DNA from: Escherichia coli
GTDB lineage: Bacteria; Pseudomonadota; Gammaproteobacteria; Enterobacterales; Enterobacteriaceae
Reading direction: 5' to 3' (one strand)
DNA: 64,000 bases
Assembly (NCBI RefSeq): GCF_003018255.1
Contig: NZ_CP027440.1
Shown: positions 56,940-64,000 of the stretch, piece by piece
How the letters are laid out: each line of letters starts with the position of its first letter
Position numbering within the stretch: position 1 is the stretch's first letter
Notes under the pieces: model-generated
What the model saw: the letters and a program-made list of their open reading frames with translations, nothing else
The model's database searches: none
Told to the model about the DNA's origin: nothing
Translations under genes and position numbers: made by a program

Positions 56940-57083
56940 TCACCACGGGATAAACTGGTTAATGGCACAAATTCCGCTGAAAAATTGTACATCCTGATCG
57001 CACATCATGTTGAATACCTGCGCCCAAAGCAGCAAGCAAGCCAACACCACGACAACCAGAACGACCCATCGAAACTTTTTCAC
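56940..57083 (-). CDS. mgrB: PhoQ-inhibitory small membrane protein MgrB (47 aa)
   Basis: Minus-strand GTG..TGA encoding [47 protein letters not shown]. Confidence 0.8.
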
Positions 57084-57241
57084 TCCAATCTCCGTTTCAC
57101 CTACCTTATGTCATTAAACTAGCATGCGTTAGTTAAACAGCGCCTAACTATGTCGATATTCGTGCTTTTTCAGAATGAGTCGCTTGCTTCAGCGCATATT
57201 GCCGCTACGATTAAGCGAACATAAAAAGAGAAGAGGTTGTA

Positions 57242-57481
57242 ATGCGATTCATCATTCGCACAGTTATGCTGATAGCACTGGTATGGATAGGATTATTACT
57301 CAGCGGATATGGCGTTTTGATTGGAAGCAAAGGGAATGCCGCGGGATTAGGTTTGCAATGTACCTATCTGACCGCCAGAGGCACCAGCACGGTACAATAC
57401 CTGCACACTAAAAGTGGTTTTCTGGGGATAACAGATTGCCCGTTGTTACGTAAAAGCAATATTGTGGTCGATAATGGTTAA
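57242..57481 (+). CDS. yobH: Small secreted/membrane protein YobH
   Basis: 79-aa ORF with signal-like N-terminus. Confidence 0.8.
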   Translation: MRFIIRTVMLIALVWIGLLLSGYGVLIGSKGNAAGLGLQCTYLTARGTSTVQYLHTKSGFLGITDCPLLRKSNIVVDNG

Positions 57482-57582
57482 GGGTAATAAATAACCAGAT
57501 TCTCACTCATGAGTAAAATATTCTTATCGCAAGTACGTTTAATATAACGCCACCTTCAACTTTATTTTTCTCATGCTCAATA

Positions 57583-57616
57583 AAGAACCTGTCTGTTTGA
57601 TATTCAGACAGGTTCT
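57583..57616. terminator. Strong hairpin between convergent yobH and kdgR
   Basis: aagaacctgtctg-tttgatattc-agacaggttctt (12-13 bp stem). Confidence 0.5.
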
Positions 57617-57624
57617 TACTCTCA

Positions 57625-58416
57625 TCAGAACGGATAGTCGTGATAACCCATTTGGGCAGAAATTTTGCGCGCCGCGGTATGCAACATTGCGACATATTCC
57701 TGTAAACGCTCTTCAGAGAAACGCAACGTCGGGAAGGAGATGCTAAGACCGGCAATGACCACGCCAAAGCGATCAAATACCGGAACCGCAATGCATCGCA
57801 GCCCTTCTTCCTGCTCTTCGTTATCTTCGCCATACCCCTGCTCACGCACCTGGTCCAGAACGGGTAATAACGCTTCTGTACTGGTGATGGTCCGCTCGGT
57901 ACTGCGTTTATACTCCACGCCCTCAAGAATTTGCTTCACTTCATCGCGATCGCGCCATGCCAGCAGTACCTTACCAATCGCGGTGCTGTACAGCGGATTA
58001 CGACGCCCAATCCGTGAATACATGCGCAAATTGTACATAGAGTCAATTTTGTGAATGTAAACAATACTGTCTTCGTCCAGTGCGCCGAGGTGGATAGTTT
58101 CTTTGGTCAGGCGGGAGATCTCACGCATCTGGATATCTGCGCTACGAATTAAATCGACGTTTTGTAACGCGCGAGCGCCCAGTTCAAACAATTTCAGGGT
58201 CAGGGAATATTTCTCCGACTCCCCTTCCTGCGCCACATAACCTAAGGTTTTCATGGTCTGTAAAAAGCGATAAACGGTGCTTTTTGACATCATGACGCGC
58301 TGCGACAGCTCGGTTATCCCTATTTCGCGCTCTTCACCCAGCGCCTGCAAAATGCCAAAAACTTTTAGCACGGAAGATACAGAATCAGGCTGTTTATCCA
58401 GATCTGCGTTAGCCAT
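57625..58416 (-). CDS. kdgR: IclR-family transcriptional regulator KdgR
   Basis: 263-aa ORF with N-terminal HTH. Confidence 0.93.
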   Translation of the reverse strand: MANADLDKQPDSVSSVLKVFGILQALGEEREIGITELSQRVMMSKSTVYRFLQTMKTLGYVAQEGESEKYSLTLKLFELGARALQNVDLIRSADIQMREISRLTKETIHLGALDEDSIVYIHKIDSMYNLRMYSRIGRRNPLYSTAIGKVLLAWRDRDEVKQILEGVEYKRSTERTITSTEALLPVLDQVREQGYGEDNEEQEEGLRCIAVPVFDRFGVVIAGLSISFPTLRFSEERLQEYVAMLHTAARKISAQMGYHDYPF

Positions 58417-58592
58417 TTATCACCTCATTGCGAGTGTTTTATAAAAATCAGAACTGTTTTTTATTATAATTTCGCACCTGGGTGGTCGCAATCCATCTTT
58501 TGCCGGTTAGTTACAATTCTGCGACATCCACCGTGAATATCAGTGCTAGAATCATACCCCTGTTGATTATTCACCAAAGATATAAAATTCCT

Positions 58593-59966
58593 ATGCCAAA
58601 AGTTCAGGCCGACGGCCTGCCATTGCCCCAGCGATACGGTGCGATATTAACCATTGTGATTGGTATTTCGATGGCTGTCCTTGACGGCGCAATCGCCAAC
58701 GTCGCCCTGCCAACAATCGCCACGGACCTTCATGCCACGCCAGCCAGTTCCATCTGGGTAGTGAACGCCTATCAAATCGCCATTGTCATCTCCCTGCTCT
58801 CGTTTTCGTTTCTGGGCGATATGTTTGGCTATCGACGTATTTATAAATGCGGTCTGGTCGTTTTTCTGTTGTCTTCACTGTTCTGCGCCCTTTCTGATTC
58901 GCTGCAAATGCTCACCCTTGCGCGTGTCATACAAGGTTTCGGCGGTGCAGCGTTGATGAGCGTTAATACCGCACTTATCCGCCTGATCTATCCACAACGT
59001 TTTCTGGGTAGAGGGATGGGCATAAACTCGTTTATTGTTGCCGTCTCTTCTGCTGCCGGGCCGACAATTGCTGCAGCAATCCTCTCCATCGCATCCTGGA
59101 AATGGTTATTTTTAATCAACGTACCGTTAGGTATTATCGCCCTGCTTCTGGCGATGCGTTTTCTGCCACCCAATGGTTCTCGCGCCAGTAAACCCCGTTT
59201 CGACCTGCCCAGCGCCGTGATGAACGCGTTAACCTTCGGCCTGCTTATCACTGCGTTGAGTGGTTTCGCTCAGGGGCAATCGCTGACGTTAATTGCTGCG
59301 GAACTGGTGGTAATGGTTGTTGTTGGTATTTTCTTTATTCGCCGCCAGCTTTCTCTTCCCGTACCGCTGCTACCGGTGGATTTACTGCGTATCCCGCTGT
59401 TTTCACTTTCTATTTGCACATCTGTTTGCTCTTTCTGCGCACAAATGCTGGCAATGGTTTCCCTGCCCTTTTACCTGCAAACCGTGCTCGGGCGTAGTGA
59501 AGTCGAAACAGGCTTACTTCTGACACCGTGGCCGTTAGCAACGATGGTGATGGCTCCGCTGGCAGGCTATTTGATTGAACGCGTACATGCAGGACTGCTG
59601 GGTGCTTTAGGGTTGTTCATCATGGCTGCGGGGCTTTTTTCCCTGGTTCTGCTGCCCGCGTCACCTGCGGATATCAATATTATCTGGCCGATGATCTTAT
59701 GTGGCGCTGGATTTGGCTTATTCCAGTCACCCAATAACCACACCATTATAACCTCCGCTCCGCGCGAACGTAGCGGTGGGGCCAGTGGCATGTTAGGGAC
59801 GGCTCGTCTACTGGGTCAGAGTAGTGGCGCGGCGCTGGTGGCGCTGATGCTAAATCAGTTTGGTGATAATGGTACGCACGTCTCGCTGATGGCTGCGGCT
59901 ATTCTGGCAGTAATTGCTGCCTGTGTCAGTGGTTTACGTATCACTCAGCCACGAGCCTGGGCATAA
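58593..59966 (+). CDS. yebQ: MFS (DHA2-like) transporter YebQ
   Basis: Start at MPKVQADGLPLPQRYG gives 457 aa. Confidence 0.88.
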   Translation: MPKVQADGLPLPQRYGAILTIVIGISMAVLDGAIANVALPTIATDLHATPASSIWVVNAYQIAIVISLLSFSFLGDMFGYRRIYKCGLVVFLLSSLFCALSDSLQMLTLARVIQGFGGAALMSVNTALIRLIYPQRFLGRGMGINSFIVAVSSAAGPTIAAAILSIASWKWLFLINVPLGIIALLLAMRFLPPNGSRASKPRFDLPSAVMNALTFGLLITALSGFAQGQSLTLIAAELVVMVVVGIFFIRRQLSLPVPLLPVDLLRIPLFSLSICTSVCSFCAQMLAMVSLPFYLQTVLGRSEVETGLLLTPWPLATMVMAPLAGYLIERVHAGLLGALGLFIMAAGLFSLVLLPASPADINIIWPMILCGAGFGLFQSPNNHTIITSAPRERSGGASGMLGTARLLGQSSGAALVALMLNQFGDNGTHVSLMAAAILAVIAACVSGLRITQPRAWA

Positions 59967-59997
59967 AAAAAGCGCGTCGATCAGGACGCGCTTTTTA
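59965..59997. terminator. Bidirectional rho-independent terminator between yebQ and htpX
   Basis: AAAAAA-agcgcgtc-gatcag-gacgcgct-TTTTT. Confidence 0.85.
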
Positions 59998-60011
59998 GTA
60001 TTTACTTCATA

Positions 60012-60893
60012 TTACTTCAGGTATTCACCCGTACGCAGAGCTTCAATACGTTTATCCAGCGGCGGGTGAGTCATGAACAACTCACTGAGCGATTTCGACT
60101 TACCGTTAATGCAGAAAGCCATCATGCTGGTTGCTTCTTGCGGTTCATAGCTGGTTTTCAGGCGCTGCAATGCAGCAATCATTTTCTCGCGACCAACCAG
60201 TTTTGCCGAACCGGCATCAGCGTGGAATTCACGATGACGCGAGAACCACATGGTGATAATGCTCGCCAGAATACCAAACACCAGTTCCAGAACCGTTGCA
60301 ACCGCAAAGTAGATCAGCGGGTTGCCGTTGCTCTCTTCACCTTCATCACGATTTCCGCCCATAAAACCCGCGGCAAGCTGCGCCAGAATTCGGGAAATAA
60401 AGATAACGAAGGTGTTCACCACGCCCTGAATCAGCGTCATGGTGACCATATCACCATTGGCGATGTGGCTGATTTCGTGAGCAATTACCGCCTCGGCTTC
60501 ATCCGGGCTCATGTTCTGCAGCAAACCGGTGCTGACAGCAACCAGAGAGGCATCACGGCGCGCACCGGTTGCAAAAGCGTTGATGTCCGGCGCATGGTAG
60601 ATAGCCACTTGCGGCATAGCGATCCCCGCCTGACGAGCCTGGGTTGCTACAGTATTGACCAGCCAACGTTCCCTTTCGTTACGCGGTTGCTCGATCACTT
60701 CCCCGCCAACAGATCGTAATGCCATCCATTTGGACATCAGAAGCGAAACGAAGGAACCACCAAAACCGAACAGCAAGGCCATGATCATCAGCCCCTGAAC
60801 GCTGCTCGACTGTATCCCTGTCAGGCTCAGTACCAGCCCGAAAACGACCATTACGGCCAGGTTCGTTAGCAGGAAGAGCGCGATTCGCATCAT
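60012..60893 (-). CDS. htpX: Membrane zinc metalloprotease HtpX
   Basis: 293-aa ORF with HEISH motif. Confidence 0.95.
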
Positions 60894-61047
60894 AATTTTC
60901 TTTTTACCTCAGTTTAACAAAACGCAATATGCGATACCCACATCGTATGGGTTACGCGACTATTTTCAAGTCTGGATAGTGCGTAAGTCACCAGAAAGAC
61001 ACAACTTTACATTTTGTAGCATCTGATTTACGGCATCTTGCCGCTGT

Positions 61048-61080
61048 TAAAAAATCAGGCACAATTTCTTGTGCCTGATT
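61048..61080 (-). terminator. Rho-independent terminator of prc
   Basis: On the minus strand: aatcaggcac-aagaaatt-gtgcctgatt followed by TTTTT. Confidence 0.7.
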
Positions 61081-61084
61081 GATA

Positions 61085-63133
61085 TTACTTGACGGGAGCG
61101 GGTTGTTCCGCGGGTCTGGCTTTTTCAAGCTTCGCCAGATCGAGTGCGATATTCACCGTCTCATCCAGATAAGGATCCGGCTCCTGGTAATCTTTCGGTA
61201 GATCATCCAGTTTCTTCAACTCCGGTTTACCTTCGCGCTTAAAGCGTTCGTTCAAACGCGCCAGACGCGTCGCATCATCTTCATTATTCTCTTTCTCACG
61301 CACAGCGTAATTCAGAGAAACGATATTGCGCTTGTCCTTCATAGCGTTGAAGCGCGCGATATCCTTCATGATGTTCTGGAACTCTGGATCTTTCGCGATA
61401 CGCGCATTATGTTCCTTCAGCAGCTCCGGTCCAAAGGCCGTCAAATCTCCCGATTTCACATAGGTCGCGGCATCGATGCTATCCCACGGCAGCGCGTTAT
61501 CTTCGAATTTCTCACCGGTTTCCGTTTCTTCATTACCCGTCGGCATGATGATGTCTGGCGTTACGCCTTTACGTTGCGTACTGCCGCCGTTAACGCGATA
61601 GAATTTCTGGATCGTGTACTGCACAGAACCCAGCGCTGGCCATTCAGGACGTAACATCTGATCGTAGATACGGTTCAATGAACGGTATTGCTGAACGGTG
61701 CCTTTACCAAACGTCGGTTCACCCACAACCAGCGCACGACCGTAATCCTGCATTGCCGCGGCAAAGATTTCTGAAGCCGAAGCACTGAAGCGGTCAACCA
61801 GCACCACCAGCGGGCCTTTATAGAAAACCTGCCCATCGGTATCGCTGTCTTCACGAACTTTACCGTTGTTATCACGGACCTGAACAATCGGACCGGATGG
61901 AATGAACAGACCGGAGAGCGATACCGCTTCGGTCAACGCCCCACCGCCATTGCTACGCAGGTCGATGATGACACTGCTGACATTCTGTTTTTCCAGTTTC
62001 TGCAACTGCACTTTGACATCGTCTGTCAAACCCACATAGAAACCTGGAATATCCAGAACGCCGACTTTCTCTTTACCGACGGTCTTCACCGACATTTTAA
62101 CCGCACGGTCTTCGAGGCGAATACGTTCACGGGTCAACGTTACAGTACGGGTCTTGGTCCCTTTACCAGCAGGTAAAATTTCCAGACGAACTTTACTGCC
62201 CTTCGGCCCTTTAATTAAGGCAACCACATCATCAAGACGCCAGCCAATCACGTCAACCATCGGCTTGCCTGTTTGACCAACACCGACAATTTTGTCACCA
62301 ACGCTGATAGCTTTACTCTTCGCTGCCGGACCACCTGCCACCATCGAATTGATAACGGTGTAGTCATCATCCATTTGCAGAACTGCGCCAATACCTTCCA
62401 GCGACAAACTCATTTCAGTGTTGAACTGTTCGGTATTACGCGGGGAAAGATAGTTGGTATGCGGGTCGATTTCACGCGCAAACGCCGTCATTGCCAGCGA
62501 GAAAACATCTTCGCTGTTGGTTTGCGCCAGACGACGAATGGCAAATTTGTAGCGGCGAGTCAGGGTTTCACGAATTTCTTTATCCGTTTTTCCTGCCAGC
62601 TTCAGGCTTAACTCGTCGAATTTGACTTTACTGTCCCACAGCGCGTTCAACTCAGCCTCGTTTTTCGGCCAGGGCGCTTTGCTGCGGTCAAGGTTATAAG
62701 TGTCGTTGCCGGTGAAATCCATCGGCTTTTCCAGTACCGACAAAGCGTACTGGTAACGTTCAAAACGACGCTTTTGCGCCAGATTGTAGAGATCGTAGAA
62801 AACGTCGAGTTTGCCTGAACGCAGTTCATCGCCTAACTCGGTTTTCTTTTTCGCGAACTGTTCAACATCGCTTGCCAGCAGCACGTTGTGGCTGTAATCG
62901 AGCAGATTCAGATAGCGGTCAAAGATTTTGGCCGAAAATGCCTGATCGAGGTCGAACTGGCGATAATGAGAACGGGTGAAGCGCGACGTTACGCGCTCAC
63001 TCACCGTCGCATGCTGCGTCTCTTCCTTTAATACCGGAATTTGATCAGCACGCGTGATATCTTCTACAGCGAAGGTCTGGCCTGCTATTGCAAGCAGGCC
63101 AGCTAACGCGGTAAGCCTAAAAAACATGTTCAT
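61085..63133 (-). CDS. prc: Tail-specific periplasmic protease Prc
   Basis: Start at MNMFFRLTALAGLLAIAGQTFA gives 682 aa. Confidence 0.95.
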   Translation of the reverse strand: MNMFFRLTALAGLLAIAGQTFAVEDITRADQIPVLKEETQHATVSERVTSRFTRSHYRQFDLDQAFSAKIFDRYLNLLDYSHNVLLASDVEQFAKKKTELGDELRSGKLDVFYDLYNLAQKRRFERYQYALSVLEKPMDFTGNDTYNLDRSKAPWPKNEAELNALWDSKVKFDELSLKLAGKTDKEIRETLTRRYKFAIRRLAQTNSEDVFSLAMTAFAREIDPHTNYLSPRNTEQFNTEMSLSLEGIGAVLQMDDDYTVINSMVAGGPAAKSKAISVGDKIVGVGQTGKPMVDVIGWRLDDVVALIKGPKGSKVRLEILPAGKGTKTRTVTLTRERIRLEDRAVKMSVKTVGKEKVGVLDIPGFYVGLTDDVKVQLQKLEKQNVSSVIIDLRSNGGGALTEAVSLSGLFIPSGPIVQVRDNNGKVREDSDTDGQVFYKGPLVVLVDRFSASASEIFAAAMQDYGRALVVGEPTFGKGTVQQYRSLNRIYDQMLRPEWPALGSVQYTIQKFYRVNGGSTQRKGVTPDIIMPTGNEETETGEKFEDNALPWDSIDAATYVKSGDLTAFGPELLKEHNARIAKDPEFQNIMKDIARFNAMKDKRNIVSLNYAVREKENNEDDATRLARLNERFKREGKPELKKLDDLPKDYQEPDPYLDETVNIALDLAKLEKARPAEQPAPVK

Positions 63134-63152
63134 GCCTGGCCCGGCCTCCGTT

Positions 63153-63851
63153 TCAGAACACCAGGTGTTCTGCGCGCACAATCAAAGACATACCCGAATT
63201 CAGCTGGACGCGGACGCCGTCTTTGGTGATTTCTAATACGGTGGCATCCATCGCGTTTTGACCCGCTTTCACCTTCAGGGCTTGTCCGACAGTCAGAGCT
63301 GAAATGTCAGAAACCGGGGTGTGCTGTTCTTCGCGAGGTGCTTTTACTGTTTTTGGCGCTTTCTCTACCGGCTTTTGCGCACGAGGTTTACGTTCAGCGC
63401 CTTCTTTGCGGCGTGGCGTGGTCGGACGTGGCTTGCGTTCACGGCGCGGTGCGTCTTCTTTCTCACCAGCAGCTGCGGCAGCTTCGCGTTTTTTCGCTTG
63501 CTGCTCAGCACGCTGTGCCTGAACACGCGCTTTCGCTTCTTCAAGCTGCTTGCGAGCATGCTCTACATGTTGCTCGTCCAGCTCACCGCATGGGTTGCCG
63601 TCAAGATCGACACGCGTTGCGCCGGGTTTAACACCGTAAAGGTAACGCCAGCTCGAAGTGTAGAGACGTAAAGCGGATCGCAATTGCGTTTTGCTCAGGT
63701 TCATTTCCCCGGCAACACGATCGACCAAATCCTGAAAAATACCGATTTTCAGCGGACGCGCTTCACCTTCCGCACTGAAACAGTGGGGAAAACGTTCGGC
63801 CAGAAACGCGATTACTTCTTTACTGCTATTCAACTTAGGTTGATTTTCCAT
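63153..63851 (-). CDS. proQ: RNA chaperone ProQ
   Basis: 232-aa ORF with FinO-like N-domain, basic linker and C-terminal Tudor-like domain. Confidence 0.95.
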
Positions 63852-63947
63852 GAAATTTCCTGATTACAACGGACGTAGCCAACAAGCGCAGGCATGAACA
63901 GGCGTCATTATAATGACGCTATCAGTAAATGCTACGTTATCCGTTGA

Positions 63948-64000
63948 TTATCCTGCGACGCTCGCAAAGAATTTTTTGTAATCCGTCGTTGCAAGCACCT
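63948..64000 (-). CDS. msrC: Possible 3' end of msrC/yebR (free methionine-R-sulfoxide reductase); start outside the window
   Basis: Minus-strand frame ...VLATTDYKKFFASVAG then TAA; call based on expected gene order, frame not verified. Confidence 0.3.
   Translation of the reverse strand, partial: VLATTDYKKFFASVAG

Noticed and set aside
61085-63181. N-terminal extension of prc and similar upstream extensions in the ORF track (topB, sppA, ansA, yeaJ, yeaP, mntP, yebQ, fadD)
   Set aside because: Track ORFs run back to the first in-frame start after a stop; the recalled N-termini and signal-peptide positions support internal starts, so the extensions are not treated as novel N-terminal domains.

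Overview
The window reads as conserved enterobacterial core chromosome (Escherichia coli K-12-like), running from the 3' end of nudG through gdhA, topB-selD, sppA, ansA, pncA, gapA, the yea/yoa gene block, fadD, pabB, sdaA, manXYZ, mntP, cspC, mgrB, kdgR, htpX and prc to proQ. About 70 protein-coding genes are supported, nearly all at the lengths I recall for K-12, plus six small protein genes (24-59 aa), a yybP-ykoY Mn riboswitch, one REP element and a set of intrinsic terminators. I found no IS element, integrase, prophage, CRISPR array, tRNA/rRNA gene or defense-type cluster, and no unexplained ORF, so I do not see evidence for an undescribed system here. The observations most worth a second look are: (1) yeaE is split by a frameshift in a 6-nt homopolymer; (2) ynjI appears absent between gdhA and topB; (3) the roughly 9 kb ydjE-ydjL cluster appears absent between pncA and yeaC. 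Items 2 and 3 rest on gene order recalled from memory, not on a comparison I could run. All calls come from reading the sequence and the supplied ORF track; no database search was possible. Start codons were chosen by recalled N-termini and are less certain than stops.
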